A stretch of 24,684 nucleotides of DNA. Origin: an uncultured Bradymonadales bacterium (GTDB taxonomy: Bacteria; Myxococcota_A; Bradymonadia; Bradymonadales; Bradymonadaceae). A program made the translations under genes and the position numbers. The notes under the pieces were generated by a model. The model was given only the letters and a program-made list of their open reading frames with translations. It did no database searches and had not been told where the DNA came from. Location: the NCBI GenBank assembly GCA_964384605.1, contig CAYLMO010000010.1:1-24684 (forward strand), given 5' to 3'. Below are positions 1 to 9,546 of the stretch, piece after piece (position 1 is the stretch's first letter; each line of letters begins with the position of its first letter).

Positions 1-10
1 ATCACCTCGC

Positions 11-1096
11 TCACTTTTCGGTAAGGAATCCCATCAGCGCCCCGATGTAGGCGTCGTACGCTTCGTACTGTGGGATGTGGCCGATCCCCTCGAGTTCGAC
101 CAGCTCGGCGCCTGGGATGGCGTCGCGGGTCTTCTTTCCGAGCTCGCCGTACAGGCCCATCTTGGCCGCCACCTCGGGCGGTGCGCCGCCTCGCCCAAGC
201 GCCGTGCGGTCGCGGTCGCCGATGATGAGCAGCGTCGGCTGCTTCACCCGAGGGAAGTCGTACACGACCGGCTGCGTGTAGATCATGTCGTACGTGAGCG
301 CCGACACCCATGCGACCTGCTCGTAGTCGGGCGATTCGGTCCAACCCATCTGGAGCTCGGCGAGGACGTCGTACTCGGGCTTCCAGGTTCCGTCGAAGTA
401 GGCTTTCGACATGTAGGCGCGCACGGCATCGGGCGTCTTCTTCAGCTCCTGCGCGTACCACTGACCGACCGGCACGTAGCCGACGAATTTCTGCCAGTCC
501 TCCAGCCCAATCGGGTTCACGAGCACGAGCTTTTCGGCAGTTTCGGGGAACATCAGCGCGAATCGAGTCGCGACCATCCCGCCCATCGAGTGGCCGACGA
601 CGGTGACTTTCTGCACGCCGAGGTCGGTGAGCAGGTCACGGGTGTGGGTCGCGAGCGCGTGGAACGTGAACTGAAAGTGAGCTGGCTTGCTCGATTTTCC
701 GAAGCCGATCTGGTCGGGCACGACCACTCGGAAGCCTGCTTCGCTCAATGGCTTGATCGTGTTCGACCAGTACGCGCCGGAGAAGTTCTTCCCGTGGAGC
801 AGCAGGACCGTCTGGCCGTTGGGTTCGCCGGTCGGAGCGACATCCATGTAGGCCATCTCGAGCGGCTGTTGCTGCGCTTCGAAGGCTCGGGTTTTGACTT
901 CGTACGGGTATTCGAACTCGGTGAGGCGCGCGTCGAAACGGCCGACGTAGGGCTCTTCGGCGGGCTCTTGCTCAGGTGTGGTCTTGGCGTCGGCCGTCGC
1001 CGCTGTGTCGGGCGCAGTTGGCGGCGTCGATGCGCAAGCTGAGAGGGCGAGTGCGGCGAGCGTGGCGAGTATCAATCGGTGCATAGCTGTTTCCAT
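11..1096 (-). CDS. alpha/beta-hydrolase fold lipoprotein (esterase/lipase-like). Start at METAM (1096) or at MHRL (1084).
   Basis: The ORF track extends to 1342, but the first 82 aa are Arg/Ser/Thr-rich junk. ATG at 1096 and 1084 both precede a lipoprotein signal peptide [17 protein letters not shown] (lipobox LSAC). GHSMGG nucleophile elbow and HGKNFSG oxyanion-type motif are typical of alpha/beta hydrolases. Stop at 11-13. Confidence 0.8.
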   Translation of the reverse strand: METAMHRLILATLAALALSACASTPPTAPDTAATADAKTTPEQEPAEEPYVGRFDARLTEFEYPYEVKTRAFEAQQQPLEMAYMDVAPTGEPNGQTVLLLHGKNFSGAYWSNTIKPLSEAGFRVVVPDQIGFGKSSKPAHFQFTFHALATHTRDLLTDLGVQKVTVVGHSMGGMVATRFALMFPETAEKLVLVNPIGLEDWQKFVGYVPVGQWYAQELKKTPDAVRAYMSKAYFDGTWKPEYDVLAELQMGWTESPDYEQVAWVSALTYDMIYTQPVVYDFPRVKQPTLLIIGDRDRTALGRGGAPPEVAAKMGLYGELGKKTRDAIPGAELVELEGIGHIPQYEAYDAYIGALMGFLTEK

Positions 1097-1136
1097 CAAG
1101 AGGGACTTCGGCTCTTTGATGCAGCTACTGCAAAAT

Positions 1137-1151
1137 GGTCTCGTCGCGAGA
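1137..1151 (-). terminator. small GC hairpin (gtctcgTCGcgagac) between the phosphatase stop and the hydrolase start. Possible weak terminator or attenuator.
   Basis: Perfect 6-bp inverted repeat with a 3-nt loop. On the minus-strand RNA it is followed by cattttg (a short U-tract). Confidence 0.25.
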
Positions 1152-1154
1152 CGG

Positions 1155-2213
1155 TCAGGGGATGCTCTTGGGAGGATCGATTGTCTTCCACTTCGACTTA
1201 GGAACGTCGCGAAACGCCTTGGCGAAACGCGCGTCGTCGTTCTTCGCGCCTGGCACCTCGCGAATGTAGATGGCCTCGACCGCCTCGGGGTGCTTTCGTG
1301 CGAAGTCCCCGTAGATGTCCGGGTCCCTCTCGCCGGAGTCACCGATGAGGATGAACTTTCGCTTTGGGAACTGCTTCACGAGACGCTCGAGCGTGCCCTT
1401 CTTGTGCGGCTCGGAGCTCTCGAGGAACTCGATCGTGCGGCCGAAGTCTTTCGCCCGAAAGATGCGCAAGTGGTACGTGCCTTCGGGCAGGCCAGCCTTG
1501 CCCCGCCAGTCCTCGAGGTCGCGGTACAGGTTCCACGGAGACGCCGATAGATAGTGGACGTGCGCGCCGTGCTTCTTCTGCAGCGCGGTCAAAAACTCGG
1601 GCATCCCCTCGACCGCTCGGAACGGCCGCGCGAACGAGTTCCGGAGCAACTCCCCGCGGTCGAGCACGTTGGTCACCTTCACCGTGTCGTCGATGTCGGA
1701 GACGATCGAAATCCCGGTCGCGCCGATGAGCGGAACCTGCAGACGTAGCGCCGTCGCGTCGTAGTCCTCGACTCGCATGGCCAGCGTATAGGTCGCGGCT
1801 TTTGTCGACTTGGGCGCTTTGTAAGGAACGCGCAGCGTCTTCTTCAGGTGTCCATTCGCGGGTGTCTCGCCGAGCTTCCACTCTTTGGTCTCGATGCCGG
1901 GTCCGCTCAGGGTCGCCCAAACTTCCTCGCCCCGCTCGTTGTCGACCATGAAGTCGAGCATGCGCACGCGGAAGAGCGATTTGGCGGTGGGGTCGTCGTC
2001 GATGTCGAGCGCCTCTTCGAGCGGTTTGACCGCCGCCCGCCGGAGGAGGTCGTCTTCCTGCTCGAACACCCAGACATGCACGGGCACGACGAGCTCGTCG
2101 CCGTCGACGCTCGCGTATGTCGGAAACGCCCGCATCGTCTCCTCACCCGCCCAACCATTGGCGCAGGTGAGCGTGACGGCGAGCACGAACAACGATGAAA
2201 ACAATCGTCTCAT
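1155..2213 (-). CDS. secreted App1-like/DUF2183 family phosphatase (lipin/HAD-like DxDxT phosphatidate-phosphatase fold)
   Basis: 352 aa. N-terminal signal peptide [20 protein letters not shown]. Central SDIDDTVKV (DxDxT catalytic motif of App1/DUF2183 proteins) and GDSGERD later. Start ATG 2211-2213 overlaps the upstream TGA by 4 nt (ATGA). Confidence 0.55.
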   Translation of the reverse strand: MRRLFSSLFVLAVTLTCANGWAGEETMRAFPTYASVDGDELVVPVHVWVFEQEDDLLRRAAVKPLEEALDIDDDPTAKSLFRVRMLDFMVDNERGEEVWATLSGPGIETKEWKLGETPANGHLKKTLRVPYKAPKSTKAATYTLAMRVEDYDATALRLQVPLIGATGISIVSDIDDTVKVTNVLDRGELLRNSFARPFRAVEGMPEFLTALQKKHGAHVHYLSASPWNLYRDLEDWRGKAGLPEGTYHLRIFRAKDFGRTIEFLESSEPHKKGTLERLVKQFPKRKFILIGDSGERDPDIYGDFARKHPEAVEAIYIREVPGAKNDDARFAKAFRDVPKSKWKTIDPPKSIP

Positions 2214-2893
2214 TTGCCCTCTACAAAGCTCCAGTCGACCTTCGCTCGGCGCGGTACGGCGTGTTTGCGCACCTGCCGGATGTGTTCTTTCGTGCGTTCA
2301 CACAGCGCGCCATGCTCCGTGTCGACCGTGTCGACGGTGCCCTCGGCGTCGTTCATCAGGCAGCCCGGCTGCGAGAAGTGGGGGAGGCCCATCACATGGC
2401 CAATCTCGTGGTTCACGACCTTCACGAATCGGCGGGTCGCGGTGTGCGGCTTCTTCAGTCGCTTGTGCGTGCGGTAGCTCGAGGCGACCGCGGCCACGCC
2501 GCCGACCTCGCCCAGGCCCAGGATGCCCCAGTCCTTGTGTTCGCCCTTGGTGGTCGAGATGTCTTGCTTGGTCACGCCGACGATATAGGTGCACGACGTG
2601 CCGGGACGCACCTCTTCGCGCAGGTAATCGAGGAGCTTATCGGCGCGCCACCGCTTGCGCGGCGCGTACCAGGCCGCCTTCGGCATCGGTCTGTCGGGGA
2701 GTACTTCGACTTTGAACCCGAAGACGTGCACCACCCCGCGTTTTGCGGCGGCGACCATCTTCTTGTCGTACTTGCCGAGCGGCTGAAGGCACAGGGTCAC
2801 GTCTGGGTTGGTCACTTCATCGGGGGCGGCGTCGCCTTCGGCAAAGGCGACCCCCGGGAGCAGGATCAGCAACAGCGTGACGAGTGTGCGCAT
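2210..2893 (-). CDS. archaemetzincin-like zinc metallopeptidase (peptidase M54 family), secreted
   Basis: 227 aa. Signal peptide MRTLVTLLLILLPGVAFA. HEIGHVMGLPHFSQPGCLM matches the archaemetzincin HExxHxxGxxH...CxxxxCxM zinc-site signature. Stop TGA overlaps the downstream ATG (ATGA at 2210-2213). Its own ATG (2891-2893) overlaps the upstream gene's TGA (TGATG). Confidence 0.75.
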   Translation of the reverse strand: MRTLVTLLLILLPGVAFAEGDAAPDEVTNPDVTLCLQPLGKYDKKMVAAAKRGVVHVFGFKVEVLPDRPMPKAAWYAPRKRWRADKLLDYLREEVRPGTSCTYIVGVTKQDISTTKGEHKDWGILGLGEVGGVAAVASSYRTHKRLKKPHTATRRFVKVVNHEIGHVMGLPHFSQPGCLMNDAEGTVDTVDTEHGALCERTKEHIRQVRKHAVPRRAKVDWSFVEGK

Positions 2894-3897
2894 CAGTCTA
2901 TCGGCTCAGGTGATTTGGTCGGCTTTGGCGCGTTCGGATCGATAGACGAATGCGAGCCCTTCTTCTTCACCAGCCGCTCGAACTCCACGAACTTGTCGCC
3001 GGTGTAATCGAGCCCGCTCGCGAACTGGTAGACGACCTTTTCGCCGTCGTTCAGCGTGAATTTGATCGTCGGCGCGCCACTCGGTGTGGCTCGTCCGACG
3101 CCGGGCGGCGGGTCCAATCGCTTGAGCCCTTCTTCGTCGTCTTCCGCGAGCAACTTCGCGTGTTCCCGCACGGTCATGACGCCGTTCACGAGCGTCTCGT
3201 CGAGCACCGCGTCGATCATTTCGTTCCAGTTTTCGACCTGGTCGGCGCGCAGAACCCAGGTGTCTTCCGAGCGGTACTGTGGCGCGATCGAGTAGTTGGT
3301 CTCGAAGTAGCGGGCGTGGGTCGTCGGCATATCGAATTCAACCGTGGCAGGAGTGGGACGTATTTCATCTTCCGGTTGCTCGGAGGGGCCGTCGGGCTCT
3401 TCGTACTTGGTCGTCGAAGAGGTCCCGTGCGCGTACACCATCTCGGTGATGTACCCGAGCCCCTCGCCCGAATACTCGAAGCGGTCGCCTACCTCGTACT
3501 CGAACCCGCCGCCCAGAAAGAGCGTCACCGTCGACTGCGAGCCGCCGGTGGGCTGAGGTTCTGGCGGCGGCGTCTTGCTGTCGACGTACTCGAGACCTTC
3601 GGTGTCTCCGTCCATCGTCATCGCGATGTGCCGCCGCAGCGAGACCACGCCATTGACCTTGGTCTCGTCGAGCACCTTGTCGATCTTCGCGCTCCAGTCG
3701 GGCACGTCCGCGACGTTCAGCGACCAGGTCGTATCTTCGCGATACTGGGGCGCGATCGAGGGGTTGGTGACCTCGATCTGAACGCTCGTGATGTCGAATT
3801 CGGTGATCGGTCCCTGCGTCGATGGATGAGGTGTTTTGCAGCCCATCACGAAGCAGGCAACGCAGAGCGAGAGGAACGCGAGACATACGTTGCGCAC
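2893..3897 (-). CDS. lipoprotein with two tandem copies of a ~115-aa domain of unknown function
   Basis: 334 aa. GTG start at 3895-3897 preceded by AGGAG (spacing 5). Signal/lipobox MRNVCLAFLSLCVACFVMGC. Internal duplication: ...NPSIAPQYREDTTWSLNVADVPDWSAKIDKVLDETKVNGV... versus ...NYSIAPQYRSEDTWVLRADQVENWNEMIDAVLDETLVNGV..., each followed by a Gly/acidic segment. Confidence 0.7.
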   Translation of the reverse strand: MRNVCLAFLSLCVACFVMGCKTPHPSTQGPITEFDITSVQIEVTNPSIAPQYREDTTWSLNVADVPDWSAKIDKVLDETKVNGVVSLRRHIAMTMDGDTEGLEYVDSKTPPPEPQPTGGSQSTVTLFLGGGFEYEVGDRFEYSGEGLGYITEMVYAHGTSSTTKYEEPDGPSEQPEDEIRPTPATVEFDMPTTHARYFETNYSIAPQYRSEDTWVLRADQVENWNEMIDAVLDETLVNGVMTVREHAKLLAEDDEEGLKRLDPPPGVGRATPSGAPTIKFTLNDGEKVVYQFASGLDYTGDKFVEFERLVKKKGSHSSIDPNAPKPTKSPEPID

Positions 3898-3931
3898 ATG
3901 AACTCCTGACTTGGAAGACGTGCGCGCGATG

Positions 3932-4768
3932 CTACAGAAGTTGCATCGACTTCGCGATCCCCGGCCCGAGTTTCGTCAGGCCGGCGAGGGGTTCGAGGCG
4001 CTGCCGCTGGGCTTCGAATGCACGTCGGAATGCTCGCGACGAGTCCACGTGTCGCTGCATCGCCTCGAGCAGCGCGTCGCGGTCGGTCGCGACCTTCATG
4101 ACCTCCGAGCCGAGGCGCTCGAACGTGTTCCGGACCGCATTGCCTTCAGGAACCTCGGCCACCGAGTGGGCCAGCTGGAACAAGCCCGAAGCCAACACGC
4201 GTCGGCACAGAACTCGCTCGTCGCTCAGCAGGTCCACGATGAACGGAAGGGCGGTCGCAGCAACCGGGTAGACGGTGCCCTGGTGGTGTAGCGCATCAAG
4301 CACCGAAAATGCTGCTGCGCCTGCGAAAGCGGCGTCGGCCGCACAGCATCGCTGCAGGTCGACCGCGACGGGCGTCGCGATGCCGAACGCGGCGTCCTTG
4401 TGCCACCATTCGATCTCGTAGAATTCGTCCGACAGAGCGTCGAACGACTCGAACTCTTCGATCGCCGCAACCTCGTCGACCCCGAGCTCGGCGAGCCACT
4501 TCTCGCGCGCTTCGGCGGTCATCACCTGTGGCGAGGAGTGTTGCTGGAGCGTGTTCATCGCCTCGACTTCGTCGTCGAAGAGATCTTCCAGAGTCGCCAA
4601 CCAGCCCGACAGGCCCAGGAACTCCCGGCCAAACTCGGCGTGCCGACCGAACACCTCCGCCTCGCCGAGCACAGACGCCAGATCCACACCGGAGATCACG
4701 ACTCGTTCTTCGAGAAACTCGCCGTTGAGTTCGAAGGCGAGACCAACTTGTCGGACAACTTCTTCCAT
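3932..4768 (-). CDS. hypothetical acidic protein (278 aa), probably the first gene of the secreted-hydrolase operon
   Basis: Normal protein-like composition (A/E/L/V/D/F), unlike the R/S/P-rich overlapping plus-strand ORFs. GAGGTGAAC precedes ATG 4766-4768. Only 34 nt separate its stop from the lipoprotein gene start. Confidence 0.55.
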   Translation of the reverse strand: MEEVVRQVGLAFELNGEFLEERVVISGVDLASVLGEAEVFGRHAEFGREFLGLSGWLATLEDLFDDEVEAMNTLQQHSSPQVMTAEAREKWLAELGVDEVAAIEEFESFDALSDEFYEIEWWHKDAAFGIATPVAVDLQRCCAADAAFAGAAAFSVLDALHHQGTVYPVAATALPFIVDLLSDERVLCRRVLASGLFQLAHSVAEVPEGNAVRNTFERLGSEVMKVATDRDALLEAMQRHVDSSRAFRRAFEAQRQRLEPLAGLTKLGPGIAKSMQLL

Positions 4769-4981
4769 CGTTCACCTCGAGGGCTGGACCGGAGGGCTTC
4801 GATATATCACGGGCCGAGCGGCGCGGAAACGAGTCGCGAGGATGGAGTCGTCATGCGTGTGGGAGCCGAGAGTACATTTGTGGACAGAGAGTATACGGCA
4901 ATGTCGCCGCGACACTTTTTCATTCTCGAAAGGTGGCGTAGCGTGAGCGTCAAACATCTGACTGTTACAACGAGGATAGAG

Positions 4982-7900
4982 ATGAACGTGCGTCACGTCG
5001 CATGGCTCGCGCTCTTTGGTTTGGTAGCTACGAGCTGCTCCGAAGAGTTGTCTGGGCCTCAGCCAGCGATCCCCGATCCCGTTGCCGGACAGGCATTGCC
5101 GGTCGATCCGGGACTCATCTGCAACGTCCAGCACCCCGAAGAGGGGACGCCGATTTCGGTCACCGGTGAGGCGCTCGCGCCCGTCGGGTTCGATATCCCG
5201 GGCGACCCGAAGGTGTCGCTGCCCGACATCATGCTCGCTCGGACGAGCGGTCTGACCGGAGGCGAAGCAGCCGAGGCGAGCGTCGAGTTTGGCGGAGAGC
5301 CAGGCGACGCGAATCACAGCTTGCTGACCTGGACCTCGCAACAGGCGATGGAGTTCCGCGTGACCGACGCGCTGGCGATCGAAGCCGGCGTGTACGATTT
5401 GACCGTGACGAACGCCGACGGCTCAGCCGCAACTTCCGCGGCCGCGCTCGCCGTCGTCGACCGCCCCGTGGTCACCTCGGCCTCGCCAGGCCTCGTCTGT
5501 GTGGCACAGGAAGCGCGCGACATCGTCATCGAAGGTACGGACTTCCTGCGCATCGGCGATTCGCTCGCCGCCGTGAACATCGGCGACAGCACGTTCGAGC
5601 CCGCGCTCGATGGCTGCACCGGTATCGCACACCCCGCGATCGACGCTGAAACCTGCACCACCGCGACGATCAACGTGCCGCAAGACGGCCTCGCCGAAGG
5701 CACGTACGACGTCACGATTCAGAACCCCGAGACGGCCGCATGCACCAGCGTTGCAGCCGATGACGCAATCACGCTGCGCGTCGTCGGGCCGCCTCGCATC
5801 GAGGCCGCCGACCCGCCCGCGATCTGCTCGGAATCGGCGTCGATGATGGAGACGATCACCTTCACGGGTGCGAACTTCATCAACGCCGACGGTCAGAACT
5901 TCGTGGTCACCGTGAACGGTCAGGAAGTCACGCCCGACTCGGTCGATGGATGCGAAGCGGTCGAGGGAGCTGGCTTCGAAGCTGAGATCTGCACCTCGTT
6001 CACCGTCACGGTCGACCTCACCGGTCAGGCTATCGGCGGCATCGAAGTTACGGTCACCAACCCCGACGTCGTCGGCTGCAATACCTCCACCACGGAGGTC
6101 TTCGAGATCGTCGGGCCGCCTACCGTCACTGGCGTACAGCCGTCCGAAATCTGCTCGGACCGCGCTGAAACCGTCACGCTCACCGGCACCGGCTTCGGCC
6201 AGAACGCGACCGTCATGTTCGGCAGCGAGATGGCCGACATGGTCGAGTACGTCAGCTCCACCGAGCTCACGGTCACCTTCACCGATGGCCTTCCTGCGGG
6301 CACCTACGACATCACCGTCGACAACGGCGGCGGATGTGTAGCGACCCTCATGGCCGGCATCATCGTGAACCCCACGCCAATCACGTTCTTTGTCGACCCA
6401 CGCGTGGTCTACAACGGCATCACGATCGAGGTGACCATCTTCACCTCGGGTCTCGACGCCATGGCGCAGAGTGTCGACCTCATCGACGATATGGGGAACG
6501 TCACGAACATCTCGGCGTTCAACTCGCCGACGCGTCCGAACCGAATCCTCGCGACGATCCCAGCGGGCCTCGACCCGGGCGAATACGAAGTGCAGGTGAC
6601 GTCGTCGGACGGCTGTGAATCGCTCATCAACGGGCGTCTCACCATCACCGACAACCTCACGCTCAACCTCGCGAGCATTACGCCGAGCTTCGTCTCGCCG
6701 ACGGTCGATACCGCCGTGACGATGGAAGCGGCCGACCCGAACAGCTTCGTGAGTACGCCGCGCGCGTACCTCAACCCGAACCCTGCAGGCGCAGGTGTGA
6801 CGGCGAGCCCGATTCGTGCGGTGGTTCAGGCCGATGGCGACACGCTCACGGGCGTGATTCCGGGTGGCCTCACTCCGGGCAGCTACGACCTCATCATCGT
6901 CAACCCAACCGGCGAAGTGGGACTGCTCGAGAGCGCGCTCACCGTGACGCCGAACGAGCCGCCGGTCATCACCTCGGTGACGCCGGCGACCCTCGCGAAC
7001 AACACCGACTATCCGGTGACGATCGCGGGTGAGAACTTCGACGCTGCGGGCGTCACCGTGGAGCTCACCTGCGAGGCGCCGGACGGCACGCAGACCGACT
7101 ACTCGGCGACGGTTCAGGGTGTCACCGCGGACAGCGCGGATGCGCTGCTGCCCACGAGCCAGCTCTCCAAAGGGACAGTGTGCGTGGTCAAGATCACCAA
7201 CGATGCCGAAGGTTCGTCCTTCGTGTTCTCGGCGATCTCCATCACGAACTCGTCGTTCAACCTCGAGCCCTGGCAGGCGACGACTGCGATGAACACGCCT
7301 CGACGTGCACTCGCGCTCGAAGCCGGTCGCCCGACGCAGACGAGCCGCGCGCTCTACGCGGTCGGTGGCGACGACGGAACCGCGGCGAACACCTACGACA
7401 CCATCGAGTACTCGCCGGTCAGCATCTTCGGCGACCTCGGCGCATGGGTCGACCAGTCCTACACACTTCCGGCTCCGCGAGCCTTCGCGGGTAAGACACG
7501 CATCGGGCGATTCCTCTACTTGATTGGCGGCACCGACGGGACCGCTGCGCAAGACACCGCGTGGCGCGCGCAGATTCTCGATCCGCTCGATACCCCGAGC
7601 GTGGTCGACGTCGATGCGACCCTCGGAGACGGCACCAATGGCGTGGGCGAAGGCGTGTGGATCTACCGCGTCGCCGCCGTCTACCCCATGACCGACGCCT
7701 CGAACCCTGGCGGCGAGAGCCTTCCGGGAGACCCACAGGTCATCGAGCTGCCACAGGTCGACGAAGGCATCGTGCTCACGATCAAGTGGGACGCTGACCC
7801 TCGCGCTTCGGCCTACCGAGTCTACCGCTCGCCTGCGGCCGACGACTCGATCGACAACCTCCAGCTGCTCGCTGAGGTTGCCGCGCCCGATACGCAGTAC

Positions 7901-8668
7901 ACCGACGACGGCACCGGAATGACCGACGCCTCCGTCACGCCGCTCCTCGAGGGCGAGACGGGGCAATGGCACTCGGCCGGCACGCTTGGAACTGCACGAG
8001 AGGGTCTGACGGCTGTCTCGGCGCCAATCCCGGGCACCACCGACCAGTGGGCGATCTACGCAGCTGGTGGTCGCGACGCGACCGGCACGTACCTGAACTC
8101 CATCGAGTACGCGGTCGTCACGGTCGCCGCCGATGGCTCACAGACTGTCTCGGCATGGACCACGGCTCCTGACGTGCTGGCAGCCGCGAAAGCCGACATC
8201 GGCTCGTGGCGGGTGCGTAACTCCGACACGTCGGCCGTCCCGGTCGGTTCGACCTGGATCTACTTCGGTCCGGGCAACGGAGAGACCGCGATCGTAGACG
8301 ACCTCGAAGCATTCGAGGTCACCGCTACCGGCGCTCCTGGTTCGTTCCAGTCGGTGAACCGTTCGCTCTCGGGCGACCGCGCCGGCTACGGGTACGGAGC
8401 CTCGAACGGCTACCTCTACATCTTCGGCGGTCAGGGTGGTGACGCCAGCGACGGAGCAGTTTCGGCCGTCATGTGCGACAGCCCATCGCCTCAGTGCGAC
8501 GACATCCCGCCGGACCTGCAGTCCGGAGCATGGAACAGCGTGAGTATCGCGACGTCTGAACCACGGCTCTACCCAAGCGTGGCGCAAGAAAGCGCCTTCT
8601 ACTTCGTCGGCGGCGGTTCCACTACGGGTGGCGCTGCGACGAGTTCTGTCGACACCACTGTGCAGTGA
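4982..8668 (+). CDS. large surface lipoprotein (1228 aa) with repeated IPT/TIG (Ig-like) domains followed by a Kelch-type beta-propeller
   Basis: ATG 4982 is preceded by GAGGA (4972-4976). Lipoprotein signal MNVRHVAWLALFGLVATSC. At least 5 repeats of the IPT/TIG pattern (P.ICS....T.T.TG..F ... GTYD.TV.N). C-terminal Kelch-like blades (YAVGGDDGTAANTYDTIEY, LYLIGGTDGTAA, IYAAGGRDATGTY, LYIFGGQGGDASDG, FYFVGGGSTTGG). The ORF track begins at 4400, but upstream residues carry no signal peptide. Confidence 0.8.
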   Translation: MNVRHVAWLALFGLVATSCSEELSGPQPAIPDPVAGQALPVDPGLICNVQHPEEGTPISVTGEALAPVGFDIPGDPKVSLPDIMLARTSGLTGGEAAEASVEFGGEPGDANHSLLTWTSQQAMEFRVTDALAIEAGVYDLTVTNADGSAATSAAALAVVDRPVVTSASPGLVCVAQEARDIVIEGTDFLRIGDSLAAVNIGDSTFEPALDGCTGIAHPAIDAETCTTATINVPQDGLAEGTYDVTIQNPETAACTSVAADDAITLRVVGPPRIEAADPPAICSESASMMETITFTGANFINADGQNFVVTVNGQEVTPDSVDGCEAVEGAGFEAEICTSFTVTVDLTGQAIGGIEVTVTNPDVVGCNTSTTEVFEIVGPPTVTGVQPSEICSDRAETVTLTGTGFGQNATVMFGSEMADMVEYVSSTELTVTFTDGLPAGTYDITVDNGGGCVATLMAGIIVNPTPITFFVDPRVVYNGITIEVTIFTSGLDAMAQSVDLIDDMGNVTNISAFNSPTRPNRILATIPAGLDPGEYEVQVTSSDGCESLINGRLTITDNLTLNLASITPSFVSPTVDTAVTMEAADPNSFVSTPRAYLNPNPAGAGVTASPIRAVVQADGDTLTGVIPGGLTPGSYDLIIVNPTGEVGLLESALTVTPNEPPVITSVTPATLANNTDYPVTIAGENFDAAGVTVELTCEAPDGTQTDYSATVQGVTADSADALLPTSQLSKGTVCVVKITNDAEGSSFVFSAISITNSSFNLEPWQATTAMNTPRRALALEAGRPTQTSRALYAVGGDDGTAANTYDTIEYSPVSIFGDLGAWVDQSYTLPAPRAFAGKTRIGRFLYLIGGTDGTAAQDTAWRAQILDPLDTPSVVDVDATLGDGTNGVGEGVWIYRVAAVYPMTDASNPGGESLPGDPQVIELPQVDEGIVLTIKWDADPRASAYRVYRSPAADDSIDNLQLLAEVAAPDTQYTDDGTGMTDASVTPLLEGETGQWHSAGTLGTAREGLTAVSAPIPGTTDQWAIYAAGGRDATGTYLNSIEYAVVTVAADGSQTVSAWTTAPDVLAAAKADIGSWRVRNSDTSAVPVGSTWIYFGPGNGETAIVDDLEAFEVTATGAPGSFQSVNRSLSGDRAGYGYGASNGYLYIFGGQGGDASDGAVSAVMCDSPSPQCDDIPPDLQSGAWNSVSIATSEPRLYPSVAQESAFYFVGGGSTTGGAATSSVDTTVQ

Positions 8669-8679
8669 GGAGGATGACC

Positions 8680-9339
8680 ATGAAACGCACCTTGAGCCTC
8701 ATCATCGTCGCCCTCGGACTGCTGTTCGCCGCGCCAGCAATGGCGCAGAACGAAGTGTCGAGTGGCCCTGTCTACGAAGACGGCGGCATGTTCGGAACCG
8801 GCATCGTCGTCGCCCTCAAAGCGGGCGGCGCGTTCGGCCAGCCCTTCAACGAGACCGGCACCGGCCTCGTGGGCGAGCTCGAGCTCGGCTGGATCGTGCT
8901 CCCGTTCCCCGATCTGCAGCTTTTCACCAACTTGCAGTACCAGAACTCCACCCAGTCCGGTGAGGGCACCGACCCGCAGCTCGCGTCGCAGACGTGGAGC
9001 TACGAAGTCGCGACCCAGCAGTTCATCATCACCCCCGGTCTGCTCTATCGCCTGCCGTTTGGGCCCGATTGGTATCGCGCATATGTCGGCGCGGGATTCC
9101 GCATCCACCTGACGAGCTCGGAAGCGACGGGCGAGTCGGGCGGCGAGGCGTTCGGTACGTACACCGAAGAAGCCACCGACTACGGCGGCTACGGTGTGCT
9201 CGGTTCGGACTTCTTCGTCGGGCCGGGGTCGATCCTCGTCGAGCTGCAGTTTGGGTATGGGTCAGTCGACCACTACGTGCTGCAGGATACGAACAACGGG
9301 ACGCTCAACCTGGCCGTTGGATACCGGATGTTCTTCTAG
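8680..9339 (+). CDS. outer-membrane beta-barrel protein (OmpW/OmpA-like small porin), translationally coupled to the upstream lipoprotein gene
   Basis: GAGGAGG (8667-8673) overlaps the upstream stop TGA 8666-8668; ATG 8680 follows. Signal peptide MKRTLSLIIVALGLLFAAPAMA. Alternating amphipathic strands with many G/Y/F. Ends with a ...VGYRMFF C-terminal aromatic signature. Confidence 0.7.
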   Translation: MKRTLSLIIVALGLLFAAPAMAQNEVSSGPVYEDGGMFGTGIVVALKAGGAFGQPFNETGTGLVGELELGWIVLPFPDLQLFTNLQYQNSTQSGEGTDPQLASQTWSYEVATQQFIITPGLLYRLPFGPDWYRAYVGAGFRIHLTSSEATGESGGEAFGTYTEEATDYGGYGVLGSDFFVGPGSILVELQFGYGSVDHYVLQDTNNGTLNLAVGYRMFF

Positions 9340-9546
9340 TTGGGTCGGGCAGTCCAAGACGAAGAATTCGAGTTCGAGTTGCGGGTCGAAAGCACCACCC
9401 GAGACTCCAAGCCAAATCCTTCGTCTTGGACCCAAACTCGCGACTGCGGGGCGGTGTGGCAATCGATCCCCGATCCCCACGCCATGATCCGTGGCAAGCT
9501 CGCCCCACCCCCCACATCCTGACGCCCTCCGCGCGTATCCTACATT

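Noticed and set aside
1097-1342. N-terminal 82-aa extension of the alpha/beta-hydrolase ORF (start at 1342)
   Set aside because: The extension is R/S/T/P-rich, overlaps the upstream gene, and precedes a perfect internal lipoprotein signal peptide. The true start is ATG 1096 or 1084.
4400-4981. Upstream 194 codons of the 4400..8668 ORF
   Set aside because: Antisense to the hypothetical gene 3932..4768, with no start-codon context. ATG 4982 has an SD and a lipoprotein signal peptide.
5423-7972. 849-aa minus-strand ORF antisense to the giant lipoprotein gene. The same applies to the long antisense ORFs at 77..1042, 978..1550, 11139..12218, 11192..12586, 12553..13296, 13597..14559, 14698..15615, 14958..16379, 16367..17434, 20845..21549 and 23446..24033.
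   Set aside because: Arg/His/Gly/Asp-rich low-complexity translations with no signal peptides or motifs, typical open-frame artefacts of 65% GC DNA. Each overlaps a well-supported gene on the other strand.
9340-9522. 60-aa ORF in the OMP / Cys-rich intergenic region
   Set aside because: It lies inside the long inverted-repeat structure, has no SD, and has non-protein-like composition.
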